Assembly (NCBI RefSeq): GCF_026210795.1
Contig: NC_089434.1
Location: forward strand, 5,394,001-5,458,000
Length of the DNA stretch: 64,000 nucleotides
Direction of reading: 5' to 3'
From: Rhizophagus irregularis
Taxonomy: Eukaryota
Below the pieces are notes generated by a model, which saw only the letters and a list, made by a program, of their open reading frames with translations, ran no database searches and had not been told where the DNA came from. A program made the position numbers and the translations under genes. Below are positions 1 to 14,685 of the stretch, piece after piece. The stretch's first letter is position 1. Each line of letters begins with the position of its first letter.

Positions 1-999
1 CCATCATCATCTGTGCTTTTTTGATCGAGATTGATTTAATAGCACGATTATTAGAAGATTATCTAATGCTGCTTTTTGTTCACGTTTCGTTTTCTTGAGA
101 GGTAAAGTGGCTTTGAATCTTCATCTCAAAATCAACCATCATCATCAATCTTTGTTTTAGAGCTTCTCGGTTATTGCTTTTGGAGTTGTTTCTGTAGCAT
201 TTCTCAAATGCCTAGTAGTAGATCTTGTTGTATTAGAGCGCTTGTGTTCTTTCCTTAGTTGTTAACATTGGTTGTTAACATTGGTTCGTATTCAAATTAG
301 GTGGTTTTCTTCGATTAAGAGAGCGATATAGAGTAGATCTTTGAAGCAGAGATTTCTGTAAAGTAGAAACTTTGGAGCATTGTAATCAGCGAGTTCTCTC
401 ATCTGAATACCGGCTGATTTAGGATTAACTATTACAACTAAGAACTTATTTATTGCAATATATAATTAATTATGTATTTAAAACTTTTGTTACGTACATA
501 ATGTATATCATTTTCTTAAATCCTTTAAATTTTAGACTTTAAAGATTGTTAAGATGCTTTGGGATTCTAATTACATTAGAGCACCACTTCGGGTAGCACA
601 ACTGCATATATGCAGATGACAAATAGAGATCAGGGAGATCAGGGTCCCTGAAATATATATAAACAGCGCGAACTCAACCATCACGAGACCAAGTAACATA
701 AACATCACCACATCACCTGTACTACTCGATCTAGTATATGTTCTCAAGTCTCAACTTCTTCATCTTCGATTTGAATAGTGGCTGAACGCCTCTAAGTCGG
801 AATCCATTGCCAGAATGGGACTTTTTTTTTATTTAACTTCTCCTATAAATTCTATACGTTGTCACAAATCCTATTGTGAAAACTATTATTTAGTTGGACG
901 AGAGTATGAAGCATCGATAAGTAAGAATATTCCTAAATTTATTGATAATTGATTCAAATAATTTAAATTATTTATATCAAAAATCTCACAATCTTTGTA

Positions 1000-2900
1000 G
1001 AAAGTTACTTCACAGTTCGAACTACAGAATCAGATAGTACTATTATTGAATTCCAACTTTAGCAACAAATACTTTTAAACGATCTATAATCAATCTTTGT
1101 TCAATGGTACTTGTTCGGGATCCTAAACATTGCAGTGACTATCGCTCATTTCTTAACATTTGGCACGACATCAGTTCAATCTGGTAATTTTCTAAAAGAA
1201 ATTACTCGCAATGATGGATCATTAAAATTATGCTGCATCATATAGAACTTTTTACATCAAATTTAAGGTAATTTTTATATCCATTTTTTTTAGATATCAT
1301 TTAATTATTTGATCTAGACCAAATAGGTTTAATTTATAATAATATTATAATTGATTTAATAGGCAAATGATGATAATTATTTAGTAAAACTATATATATA
1401 TTATCCCAGCTTAATGGATTCGTATGGTAATGAATACTTTTTTTGCATTTATGATGATTTCATATCAACATTAGCCAGAAATTATTCTGATTTTATTGAT
1501 ATTTTCTCGCAGGAAGAGTTGATAGTATTGTCATTGAAAAGCCTATTGTGAATATTATTCTTTATTTCCTTGGAAAGGATGTCGTGAACACTTTTGGAAT
1601 GACTGGACAAATAAATCCAGATTACGATTTCGCTGAAATAATCCAAATGCCTGCCAAAATCATAAAATTCTTAAGGAGAAAACGATTGGCATTTTGAAGA
1701 AGTGAAGGAAACTTGTATGAATAGGTGTTATGTTAAATGGATTATTGTTTTTTTTATTCTGATTTTAACTATTCAAGGATATCAGTTATTTCTTGATCAC
1801 GTAATATGTGTAATATGGATGGAATGTGAAATTCTTTATTGATGAAGTTAAGTTTGGTGTGACACGAGAATTATTATTTGTATTTGTAATTAAAGGAGAT
1901 GAGGAAGGTGAACGTTAAATTCTTTATTGAAGTTGATCAGGAGTGTTTAGAATTATTATTTTATTATTTTTTTCTTATTTTGTGTAGGCGAGGGAGATAA
2001 AGGTATGATTGAAGGGTGGTGTATTATAATTCTAGTCTGTTCACAATAATTAGGGATTTTCGATAAAGCAAAAGAATGTAAAAACAATAGTAGAATTTAG
2101 GAAGTTGCAAAAGGGGAAATTTCTTTGGAGATAATGTGTATGAATTCAAATGAAATTTTATTAGTTAGGATGGAATCAATTGTGATCTTAAACGTAATTC
2201 CCTTTGAATTATAATCCCTTTTATTCTTTTTTCTTGTTTTATTCGATTACTTCTATTAATTCCTGTTCGTAACATTTCGTTTGATCTTGATAATTTCTAA
2301 ATAATTATTGATAGTTTCATTATTCCTAGCTGTGTTTATTTATCTCTTTAATTTTCTTTTCGACTTGTTAATTTCTCTTTTTTTTTGTTTTCCAATAAAT
2401 TTTGGTATCTTCTGGTTGTGTCATTTTCAACTTCTATTGCAAATCTTCTTTTGTTAATCCAACAAAACTTTACCTGGAAGTAATTTATTCATTAAGAAAT
2501 TATTTGGTCAATTTATTCAGCCAAAACAAGCGCGTGAGGATAATGGATCAATTGCTGAAGCAGATAAATCTCTTTATTACCTTAAGATATTTGTGACAAT
2601 TTATATTATTAACTTAATCTACTTAATCTTTAGAACTTAATCAATAACCGAAATACTTTGTATTTCAACAGGAAATCTACCTTCTGTTTCCTTATATCTT
2701 TCATTATGAGTTTTTACAAAATATATGATTATTTGATCCGCATATAATGACACTATTGACTATGATTGACGCCCAGACTAAAACATTTCAAAAGCCCACC
2801 CAAAAGTATTGGCATGTGTTTTTATACAACCTAAAATGAAATATAAACTATCATTAGATTTCCATCGAATTAGATTGCTCTTCATCATGAATCTTCTTCA
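1000..2900 (-). mobile_element. Decayed retroelement/TE coding relic
   Basis: Coding-like strand bias with broken minus frames (e.g. HSKSVHDILSKEIKN). A similar style of fragment (HWAKDLVDP) occurs at 25300-26000. No intact domain is visible. Confidence 0.3.
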
Positions 2901-4083
2901 TTGAATCAGCAATTTAGTAGTTTGATCCATCAAATATATTGGTTAGTTTGATCTATCAAATATATTAGTATTTACAAAATACACAATTCAAGGGAGAAAT
3001 ATATTTTCTACTAATCCTTCGGAAACCGAACCGTCGAGCGCGGAGCCCTTATATTAATAATAGCAATTAACAAATTTACATCTAACGATCACATTGTAAA
3101 CTGTCACGTGACTGGGTGGACTATTTGTGTTACTATTTTTAAGACTCTAGGGAAATTAATATCGAAACATTGTAGGGAAAAAAGAAAATGTATGTACGCA
3201 ACCTTAATATTCGAATTATAAAATTACGAAAAGATTTTTTATAATAGATTATTAAAAATTGAAGAAAATTATTTCTTTAAATTTAAAGCTTATTCCCAAA
3301 AAATATATCACAAGCGACGTGAATAGTTTGTATTAAAAATAACCAATCACCTTTTAATAAAGTTGCTGTGCCAACAACTTGTTGATCGAACTTCAATATA
3401 CCAATTACTTATAATTTATTCAAGGGACTATCACATCTATATAAGGTAAGGGTCATTTAAAAAAAAAACAATACCGTGTGATGTGATGAAAAAACCTTAA
3501 ATCCGGTTTTAGATTATTCCAAATTTTACAGGTTTATTTAATTTTAAATGAAATTATAAACAAGAATTACAAAAGATTTTTGCGATAACCTAATTTTATT
3601 ATAAATAAATAAATAAATAAATAAAAAAAAAAATAAATATTTATGTTAACAGTTAACTGTGTTTCCATGTATTTGTCAAAAAATATATTTAATTTTTTAC
3701 GGAGTTGATTCCGAAAAGTTTCTTTTCTTTACATCACGCGCTTTAATTCTCGAATCGAACCTGTTTATCCTTTTTTTTTTATTTTAATTATTATTTTTTT
3801 TTTTGCAGTTTTTGCAGGATGTAAATGTAAAAGCATTACAGCTATTAAGCTAAAAAAAATTGTGCTACAGATCATCATAATTAATTTGTTAGTAACAACT
3901 TAAAAGAATTATAATTGGTTAAAACGTGATTAATGAGATAATTTTACAAAATTTTCAACGCCAGGTTTTTTCAAAGGTTGTTAATATCATAAAATATTAT
4001 ATATATGGTGAGTGAATGCTTTCAATAAAAAAAAAAATTAAACTCTAATATTCTCATTTAACGCGCAATTTTAACGTAAAAAA

Positions 4084-5051
4084 ATGGATTCCGTAATTTT
4101 TTCTTTTCTCTTTGGCTGCACTTTTACAGTTAGTAATCGATTATTTATTTACTTATCCTAATTTAATAGTATATTTGTATAATAATATTTATAATTTGTT
4201 TTTTACTTTGTTAGATTTACGTTCATAATTTCATTGTATCGGCATTTAATTACCGATATGACATTTCCAATTTTTCAATATGGAAAATAACGATAAATTT
4301 AAGTGGAGCGGTCGTGTCTATTCTCTCCGTCTTTCTAGTCTACCAACTATCATGCCAAACAATAAGCTACATATGTGAAACCGCGGATTTTATATATAGG
4401 CAATCGATTATTCTCTTTTTATTAAAGAGGTTAATTGGCGTATCGAATTGTAAATGGGACAAAATCTTTTGCATTTCATTTTTTACGATCAGGACTTTAC
4501 TCCAAGTAATTATTTTTTATTTTATATTACGGTATTACTGTTGAATAAAATTTAAAATCTTAATTAATTGATTCGTTCATATTTTCAAATAGATAACTCA
4601 TATTGTATTATTCAGACTTGACGTTGGTAGTACGTGTGATTTTGAAGATAAAGCGAAATTCGCAAAGTGGGGGTACATCGGCATTGATTTAATTATCAAT
4701 ATTTTCGTAACGATTAGGTTGATCCAAATTTTAACAAAAGGTATCAGAAATTCGAAAGACTTAAATCAAATGACCGAAAGGTCACCAAATATGAATAATT
4801 TATTTAAGGCGGCTAATTACTGGGGTTATCTACAATTGGGATCAACTTTAATATTCAATAGTTTAGCGATTGTAGAGATAATTCCTTCGTTAAAATTTGG
4901 TAGTATTTTAACGATCAGAATTTTTCAAACTCTTAATAATATTTTATTCTCCCTTTTAATAACAAATGACAAAAAAATTGTTAAAATAATTGCAAGAATC
5001 GAAGATAATGATAATGATAATAATATCGATAATATCGAGATATCTGTATAA
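4084..5051 (+). CDS. Multi-pass (probably 7TM, GPCR-like) membrane protein, 3 exons, ~264 aa
   Basis: Exons 4084-4128, 4215-4505 and 4593-5051 join through GT..AG introns into one open frame: MDSVIFSFLFGCTFT|IYVHNFIVS...FFTIRTLLQ|ITHIVLFRLDVGSTCDFEDKAKFAKWGYIGIDLIINIFVTIRLIQIL...NIEISV*. It has about 7 hydrophobic segments, loop cysteines and an acidic C-terminal tail. The model joins ORF-track pieces 4314 and 4719. Confidence 0.8.
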
Positions 5052-6689
5052 TATGGTTTTATTTCATTTGATTTCATTTAATATGGTATTTGATATTAAG
5101 TAAACATAATTTATAAAAATAATTTGTATTTTATATTTTATACAAATAATAAATAAATAATATAATAATTATAATTATAATATAATTAAACATCATCTTA
5201 TACGTAATACAAAAAAAAATGTGCTAACTTTTCTACTTTTCTACATTTCAATAATATGCATGTACCATTCATACCATTCATGTACACTCTGCTGACGGGA
5301 CCGCAGAAAGAAAAAAAAAAATTGACAATACTTTATTTATTATTGGTTAACAAATTTTTTCATATGTTTAAAACTCATAATACATGCATATGATGCATTT
5401 CTCTTGAATGGCTTTTATTCGTGTCCTTTGTTCAAAATGTTATTTAATTTTAATTAAGAAATTCTTTGAGATGGCCAAAATGATCGCTGATCGACCTCTT
5501 TTACTTATTTGTTTTTCGACATTTGATGCGCAGAAAAGTGAAAAAATTTTTCTGCAAGTCAAAAGCTCAATCGGAGAATTTTTTGTAATTTGATGCAAGA
5601 TCTGCAAAGGATCTATATGATATCAATCATTGAAACTTTTTTTAATTGTTTTCAAATTAACTTAAAACGTAATTTTTATAATTTTTATTATATATTTTTG
5701 GACAGCATTGATTAAGAACACTTGAAAAATGATTATAAGTATCAAAATACATTTAATTTTATTTTTATATTGCATAATTATTTTTATTAGATAATACATA
5801 TATATCTGATATATTATTAATAATACTGTATTATTTTATTTTTTTAATAAGTTAATATAAATATATATTATTATATATATTATTTATTAATATTTATTTT
5901 TTTTTTTTATTTTTTTTTTAATAAAAACTCAAATTAACACAAAAAAAGAAGATTCCTTTAAGCGAAAAATTCTTCTCACAAATAATTTATGTATTTTATT
6001 TTATATACCTAATCACTTAATCACCATAATCAAAAATGTTCATCCCATGCCAATTTATCTAAATATGATTAGTTGATTTTTGTATAATGAAACCCCAATA
6101 CTTTTTTTATATATATTTTTACGCGGATAAACTCTAATAAATCCTTTTTTTTTATTTTTTACAAGGGAAGTTCTAATAGATTTTTTTTCTTCTTAAAAAG
6201 ATTCTTTTGAACGTCCACAAATTATCTAATTTGGTATTTTATTTATTTTCATTTTATTCCAAATCAATCATAAATTACGTTATAATCTAAAATATCTATC
6301 CGTCAATATACCTAAATATAATTTTGACCTTCTAACCCTTTCTCTAAAAAGATTTTTTTACACGAAATACTTATTCCGGACCGGATATATTATTTGGACC
6401 GATATATTATTATTTTATCTTAAAAACAATTCTTGTTCAATATATTTAGTATATTTGTTTTATACACGTATTTGTTGATATAAAAAGGTTTCATACAATA
6501 TATACAATATACAATATATATGTGCATATATATATATATATATATATGCTACATTATATTAAATTATTTTAATAAAAATAAAAATATTATTATATTTATT
6601 ATATAAGAATTATAATTGTTTCTTACATTAATTATATCATATGAACATTACTATATCATATGAACATTATTTATTATGCAACAAAATAC

Positions 6690-7225
6690 TTCGGAACACA
6701 CGCGTTATCAAATCTTTTTGATTTAAAGAGTAAGAGTTTCTTTTATTATTCCATATTTATCTTTATTTACTTTTTTCCATCTCATCTATTCATCCCTTTA
6801 TTAATAAAAGATTGAGTCATACTTTATCAAATCTTGTTGATTTGAAGAGCAATTGCTTCTTTTATTAATTCATTTCTATTTTTTACTTTTTTTTCCATCT
6901 CATTCTATTCATTCATCCCTTTATTAATAAATGATTGCGTTATACCGAACGCACGCGTCATCGATTTGAGGAGCAATTGCTTCCTTTTATTAATCCATAT
7001 CTATTTTTATTTTATTCTATTCATCCCTTTTTTATTAATATATGCTGAACACAAATCCTTTTGATTTAAAGAGCAATTGCTTCCATCTCATTCTATTCAT
7101 TCCTTTATTAATAATAAATGATTGCGTTATGCTGACGCGTTATCAAATCTTTTAATCCGTATCTATTTTTAATTTTTTTCCATCTCTTTCTATTCTTTCC
7201 TTTATTAATAAATGATTGCGTTATT
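6690..7225 (+). repeat. Degenerate tandem repeat, ~110-130-bp units
   Basis: Recurring ACGCGTTATCAAATC, GAGCAATTGCTTC and CCATCTCATTCTATTCATCCCTTTATTAATAAATGATTGCGTTAT. Confidence 0.8.
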
Positions 7226-9769
7226 GGTGTTATTGTTTAGATCACAGGTTAATGATTCTTTCATCTCATAATTTACGCCAAGTTGACTATTTGTCTAAGG
7301 TAAAAACTTATTTCCGCGATTATTTAGCTTTTTTTGAAAGAAAAGATTTCTCAAAAAGGTGTTATCAACATGTAATACACTCAAATGCATCATTTCATTT
7401 AGGTCAATGATATCTACGCCAAGATATTGAAATAAACGCGTTGTTGGTAATTAAAGTTTATTATAATGATTTCGTACAATGTACTTACCCCCCTTTACGT
7501 TTCAAATATGATACACATGGCGCTGCGCAAGACTCAGATATTAATTATAAAAGCATCCATAATTCAGTGTCGAGATCGTTCTTTACAATTTAAGAAATTA
7601 TGAAAATATAAGATACTTAAAATATGATTTTTATAAGTTAGTTCTGAAAAAAAAGAAAAAAAAACCAAAAAAAAACCAAAAACAAAAAAAAACAAAAAAA
7701 AAAACCGGTACTCCCCTTTTCTTAAAGTATCACCAAAGTCTCTCCCAAGAAAAAATCCCGTGGAAACAAAAAAACACTCCCAAAAATCCGCCCCACCCAC
7801 TCTGTCCTTCTTTTGCCCTTTTGTCCTTAATAAAAAGGAAATCGGTTAGTAAAACAAAAGTTTAAACAAATCAGTTAAATTATAACTCGTGAAAAATATC
7901 AACAATTAACCTTTTATCTTTTTTTTAATATAAAATTAGGCAATTATTGGGATTGTCGAATTCAGCTTTTTATAAATTCAGAATATCCATGTCCCGACAC
8001 TGTTTGGGAATCCGGCTATTTAAAGCTCGGTAATGGAAAAATCTGTATTATTTTTTTAAATTTTATTTTTTTATTTTTTTTTTTTACATTTTTTTTATAT
8101 ATAATATATATAATGTAAAAATCATATCAAAGAAACTTTACTGTATTCCGTTTTTTGATTAAAAATGAATATTTTTATTTGTTTGATTTTATTTTTTTAT
8201 TTTATTTTTATTTTTATTTTTATTTTTATTTGAGAATTTGTATTTGTTTTATTTATAAATTTTCTTTTTTATTTTTTCTTATTTTATTTATTTTTCTTAA
8301 AATATTTCTTTCTTTCAATTAAGATTCAAAAGATTTTATAGGGAAATCATTATGTAAAATTTTAAGATCGTTTGTTAATAAAATTAAATAAAAAAAAGAT
8401 ATGAAAATATCTTTTTTTAAAAAAAAAATTATGCGTCAATGTTTCATATCAATGGTTTTTTCTTGTAATTTTATCTTAAAATATTTTTATTCATAATTAT
8501 TTATTCTATTTATTTCGATTGTAAAAAATAAAAAACTGCGTTTTTTTAAATTTCTAAAATAACAATAATTTGTTCAGTTAAAAAAATCAACATAGATTTT
8601 ATAAAGTCAAAAGGATCATAAGAATTATTTAAATAAACGCTTCTTTGTATATATATTTTATTAAACGCGAAAATTTTTCAAAAAGATAAATGTTGTACAA
8701 AAAAATTTGACCAATAAAATTACGTTACCGAATAATTTATATTTATGTCGATCTAATTTATATTTATATCAATCCAATTTATATTTATGCTAAAATAAGT
8801 AATATAAGAATGTTATATAATTATGTAATTTTATAAAATTTTCTTTGGTTTTTACTTGCTTTCTTGAATTATCTTTTGTAAATAATTCATATAATCTATA
8901 GTAATATAATAATATAATAAGATAAATTTAAGAAATTACAACCAATATTAATATACTAATTATAAATTTATTTTTATAAATTTAATTCTTTTTCTATCTA
9001 ATCAAATTAATTATCCTAATATTCTATTATATTAAGAATTACTTTATAAAAATTATAAATTTAATTGATTTAAGTAATTATTTAAACAAATAATAAAATT
9101 TGAATTATTAATTTTTAATTAATTATAATGAAATTTATTATACTTTTATACTTTCAATTTGAAAAAAAAGTTAAAATTAAATAAATTTAAAAAAAAATAA
9201 TTTACAAATATTTTAGATTTTAATAGTCCTATTAAATTTTATATAATCTGATCAATTTTAAAAACTATTTACAATTTTAATATTAAAAGTAAATTATAAT
9301 AAATCAGATTATTATAAAATTTACAATACATCAGTTTATGCAATTTAAATCTAATATTATTAATATATATTGTTTTTTTAATTAAAATTATTTTATTATT
9401 ACTATTTATTTAAATATTTTAATTATAAAAAGACTTATTTTTCACCTAAATGATTTCTTATTCTCCTTATAGTCGTGTTAACCATTTGCTAATTATTTTC
9501 AAAAAAGAAATAATATAATTTTATAAAGATAAAGAATATTAAATTTTACCTGAAATATATCCATTCTTTAATTATATATAATATTTTTAAATATTTATAT
9601 TTCAATTAATATACTATTATAAAAAAATTTATTAAATAAAAATTTTTATTTTAAATATAAATTAAAAGTTAAATAATTCATATTTTTTTAAATACAATTA
9701 TCTTTTTTTATTATTAATATTATTATAGTCAAAAGGAATAGTTAAATACAATTATTTTTATATTAATTA

Positions 9770-10430
9770 TTTAAAAATATAAAAGAATTATTAATATTTA
9801 TTTAATAAATTAATATATATTTTATTTATAATTCAAATTATATATAATATTTATAATATTTATATTTTACAAGAATTTTTTTTTTAAAAAATAATTTTAT
9901 CAATGACGCTATGATAATTATTTTGTTAATTATTTCTAAAAAAAAAAAATAATGTAATTTTTAACACAAAAAAAAGTGTTTTTTAAAATAAAATTTAATA
10001 TTAATTTTATATAACTTTCAAAAGTTATAATTTATAGGTAATTTTACCCACTTTACAAGTTTATTTAATACATTAAAAGAATTATTAATATTTACTTAAT
10101 AAATTAATATATATTTTATTTATAAAACTATTAAATGATTAAAAATAACACCATGATGATCATTTTGCTGATCATTTCCAAAAAAGGAATAATGTAATTT
10201 TGATAAATAAAAAATTGTTTTATAAATAATTTTTATTATAATACTCTTTAATAAAAACTATAAAATGACGTCATGATGATCATTTTGCCGATTATTTCCA
10301 AAAAAAGAATAATATAATTTTTTTTGAAAAAAAATTTTAAAATAAAATTTAATATAAACTTTATATAATAACCTTTAAAATTTTAATTTATAAATAATTT
10401 TGCTTGTTTTACAAATTTATTTAATACTTG
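9770..10430 (+). repeat. Degenerate AT-rich tandem repeats
   Basis: ATGATGATCATTTTGC..ATTTCCAAAAAA.GAATAAT.TAATTTT recurs near 9910, 10153 and 10273. AAAAGAATTATTAATATTTA occurs at 9781 and 10075. Confidence 0.65.
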
Positions 10431-11291
10431 TAAAAAAGATTTTTTTTTTTTTTTTTTTAAATGTTGAATCATGTATCATTTTATTAGAATATATTTGGAT
10501 TACATAATAATCACAACTATTCTGTAAATAATACTTCCAGCTCCTGGCCAGTCCGATCAAACATTAACTATTATATCACTAATAAATTAAGAACAAAATT
10601 AAATAGTAAAAGTAAACCAAATAATTAAACCAAAATACTATACTATAAACCAAAATTAAACTAAAAAGAGAAATAAAAGTAAAATAAAATAAAATTAAAA
10701 ATAAAAAGTAAAATTATTATCATTATTATTATTTTTTTTTTTTAAAAAAAAAGTCTTACTCCAATAATTTTTTGCTTATGTATAATGTAACCTTATTAAA
10801 CTTCTTCTTTATTGGAATCCAATCCTCACATATGTATTTCTTTATAAAGGTATCCAACTTGTAAAAAAGGTTTATAAATATTATTTTTAATATTTTTTAT
10901 AATATTATATTGATTTATTAATAAATTAATTACTATATATTAGTTAGTGAAAATATTACAAAAATTAGAAAAAGATTTTTTATATTATAATATTACAATA
11001 TAAATTGTTAGTATAATATATAATATAGATTTTTATAATATATAATATATATGTAAACTTAAAGTTGGTTAAAATTGATATAAATAGTTAAAATTAACAA
11101 TTTTCATATCATAATTCTGGCTAAAATTTTTTAAATTCTGATTAAATTTTAAAATCAAAATTTCAAATTATATGTAATATTACATTAATGCAATGTAATA
11201 TTATTTTTAACAATTATAAATTATATTCATCTAGTTTTCAAAAATATTTTTATAAACTTTAAAAATTAAAAACTTCATTTATTCAGTTACA

Positions 11292-12078
11292 TTAATTGCT
11301 AATTCGGTTAAGATCAGCAGTGTCTTACTATGTAAAATCGGGGCAAAAAAAGAAAATAATTATCTGCATCCAATGATCCAATTTCAATGAACTTTTTTTT
11401 GTTTTATAGATCTTGATTTCCTCAATAAAATAAAAAATTTATTGAAATTGAAATACTAAATTATAAGAAAATCGTGAAAAAGTATTTCATATTATTATTA
11501 TAACTAAATTTTAGTAAATCATAAAAAAAGAATTGATTCCTAATTCAGTGATCCAATTTCAATAATTTTTTTTTGTCTTTTAGGTCTTAACCTCTTCTTC
11601 ACAATAAAAAAAAGTTTGTTAATATTGGACTGCTAGATCGGAAGATAATCACAAGATATATTTTGCCATATCGCTGAATCTAAAAATCGTTGGCAAAATA
11701 TGTTTTCGCAATTATCTCACGATCTAGAGGCCCAATTTTGACAAAATTTTTTTATTATGTAGAGATTATTGAGATCTAAATAACAAAAAAAAGTTTATCG
11801 AAATTGGATCACTGAATCAGAAGATAATTGTCTGCTTTGTTATTAATGGAATCTGATCGTTGTCAGTAAAATATGTTTTTGTGATTATCTCACAACCTAA
11901 TGGTCCAATTTCAATGAAATTATTTTTATTTTATAAAGGTAATCCAGACTTACAGAACAAAAAAAAGTTCATCAAAATTGGATTATTAGATCATATGATA
12001 ATTATTTTTATTATTTGCACCAATTTCCCCAATTTTATATAGTAGGACACTGCTGATCTTAACCGAATTAGCAATTAA
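11292..12078. mobile_element. Non-autonomous TIR element with TTAA at both ends and internal inverted sub-repeats
   Basis: ~50-bp TIR TTAATTGCTAATTCGGTTAAGATCAGCAGTGTCTTACTATGTAAAATCGGGG, matched in reverse at ~12025-12078. Internal units (GATCCAATTTCAATGAA..AAATTGGA) repeat in both orientations. Confidence 0.85.
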
Positions 12079-12419
12079 GCAAAAAAAAATTGTTAATTAT
12101 ATAATTATTTTAATATAATAAACTAATAAAGTATTAAGAAAACTTTTTTAATTTTCTTTTTTTAAAAATTTTTAAGTTTATAACATTCAAACAGATTTAA
12201 TAATATTATATATTCTAATAAAAAAGAAATTTTTTTTATTAGTATTTAATTAAAAAAATTTAAAATAACAAAAAATCTGACTTAATAATTACCATTTTAA
12301 GCTTAGCAAAAATTGTTCATTTCACTAAGTTATATTTATAAAAAAAATTTTATTAAAAGTTTTATTAAAAATTTATGTTTATTTTATATTTTGGTCATAT
12401 AAAATTACTTTTTATATTT

Positions 12420-13100
12420 AAGCAAAGTGTTTAGCAAATTGAACCTACCTGTATTTCAATTTCTATGATGTAGGTATATTACATGTAAAGAAAAGTACAT
12501 TTTATCAGTACTAACTTATAAATTTTTCGTTTTTTTGTTTTCTAACTTTAGAGCGTAATTGCACCACTTTGGTCAAATGAAATCGACTTTCTAAATTAAT
12601 TAAAAATTGTTCAGCAAGGTCGAAACTACCTATATATTAATTTTCATAAGAGTAAATATAATACTTATAAAGAACGTCACATTTTTCACAATAGTACTAA
12701 CTTCCGAATTTTTTATTTTTCCGTTTATAACTTTAGAGCGTAATTATACTACTTTAGTCAAATGAAATCGACTTTCTAAATTAATTGAAAATTGTTCAGC
12801 AAGGTCGAAACTACTTACATATTAATTTTCATAAGTATAAGTATAATACTTATGGAGAACGTTACGTTTTTCACAATGGTACTAACTTCCGAATTTTTTA
12901 TTTTTCCGTTTATAACTTTAGAGCGTAATTACACCACTTTAGTCAAATGAAATCGACTTTCTAAATTAATTGAAAATTGTTCAGCAAGGTCAAAACTACT
13001 TACATATTAATTTTCATAAGTGTAAGTATAGTACTTGTGGAGAACGTCATATTTTTTATAATAGTATTAACTTTCGAATTTTTCTTTTTTTGTTTACTAA
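12420..13100 (+). repeat. Tandem array of ~185-bp units (~3.5 copies)
   Basis: Unit ACTAACTT..TAACTTTAGAGCGTAATT..GTCAAATGAAATCGACTTTCTAAATTAATT..GTTCAGCAAGGTCGAAACTAC recurs near 12510, 12696 and 12881. Confidence 0.9.
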
Positions 13101-13625
13101 CTTTTTTTTATTAATTGAATGTTATTAGTTTATCCTTACAACATATTGTTCATTATAAATCATATTTAAAAGTGTGTTTAAATAAAATATTTTAATAATA
13201 TATAAATAAATTTTTAATTTTTTGAATAACACTTATTATTTTATATAATATAAATAATTTACATAAAATTTTAATTTGGATTTGCATAGATTTATACTAA
13301 TTCAGACTAGGAGTATAGATGCGTAGAGTTGATCAATTTTTAGGGGCAAATGTAAAAGTATTTTTTTTTAAAAAAAAAAATTTTCAAGTTACGGTAATTT
13401 TTTTTTTTTAATAAAATTTATTTTCTTATAATTTAATCTACTTTTTTTTGTTTATAAATTTTATAATAAAATAAATTCAGGTATATAATTTAAAGATGTT
13501 AGCCTTAATTATTTTTTAAAAAATTTTGAATTACAAATATAAGATTTTTATAGCCTTAATTAATTATGAAAAATAAAAATTTTGTGTTATGCCACTTTTT
13601 TGAATTACAGTTAACATTTTTAATA

Positions 13626-13797
13626 CAATTTACCCTTTCTATAGCAAATTTTGATATAATAAATCATATAATGCTTAGTATGTCAATTTTCTTTCACTAT
13701 AATGAAGTAATCAATCAAATTTTTCAAATTCTTTGTTAATTTGCTATAACGAATTTAAGGTGCAAAATGGCTACTTTGTTATATCAAAGGTAGACTG
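13626..13797. mobile_element. pogo/Tc1-type MITE (old, degenerate)
   Basis: Right end TTTGTTATATCAAAGGTAGACTG|TA and decayed left end TA|CAATTTACCCTTTCTATAGCAAA. Internal TTGCTATAACGAA motif is shared with the elements at 33161 and 62134. Confidence 0.55.
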
Positions 13798-14429
13798 TAA
13801 ATATGTAAAAAAGAATTTTTTAAGAATATCTATATAATATAAAAAATTATAAAATAAAATAAAGATCGAAAGAATAAATGATTGGAGGTGGAAGGTAGAA
13901 AAAATTAGTATTTTTTTTTGTCAAAAAATAATATATATATTTGTAACTATTGATCAATTTTAAACTTATTTTAAATAGGAACTTTTTTACTTTTTTTTAA
14001 AATAATTATATCTAAAAATTAGGCAGAAATAAAAAATACCAAATATATAAAATAAATTATGTTTTATATATAATTTATAAGTTCTGATTGATTATAAATA
14101 TTACTGAATTTGTAAAGTATAAATATACAGTATATGATTTAAAAATGTAACTGGAAAGGTAATAAAATTAATTAGTAAAAAGAAAATTTAAAGTAAAGTA
14201 AATTTATATATAAATCTTAAAAATTTTACAGTAACTTCTATTAAAAGTAAGCAGAATTCTGTAGAGCTCTATAGTAATATTTATTATGTAATATTCATTT
14301 ATTATAAGTCTTAACTTTTTACTTTTATATAATATATAAAATTTTATATTATACCAAATATATTAAAATTTTTCTTTACTCTAAATTCTAAATATTATAT
14401 AATAAATATTATTAGCATTATATATAATG

Positions 14430-14685
14430 TTTAAATAGGATTCTGAACATTACTAAAAAAACTCAGATCTGAATTTGTATAAACCTTATAATTAATTTCT
14501 GTTTCAAATGTATAAAGTTATATGTAGATTTTAGCCTTAAATTTTGCTATCTCAGAATCCAGTGATTGGATTTTAATAATCTTTAGCTTGTTAAATTCGT
14601 CTCATCAAAACGAACATTTTTATATGTAATTCGTCTTTTTAAGTATAATTTTAACGTTTTAGTAATGTTCGGGGTCCTGTTTAAA
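14430..14685. mobile_element. TTAA-flanked MITE (Kolobok-like?)
   Basis: TTTAAATAGGATTCTGAACATTACTAAAA ... TTTTAGTAATGTTCGGGGTCCTGTTTAAA. The TIR mismatches are C/T transitions. Confidence 0.7.

Noticed and set aside
548..866. Solo LTR candidate (TGTT..TCACA with a TATATAAA box)
   Set aside because: No matching TSD, second copy or PBS/PPT is visible, so support is insufficient.
7564..7800. 78-aa Phe-rich minus-strand ORF
   Set aside because: It derives from poly(A) tracts and is low complexity.
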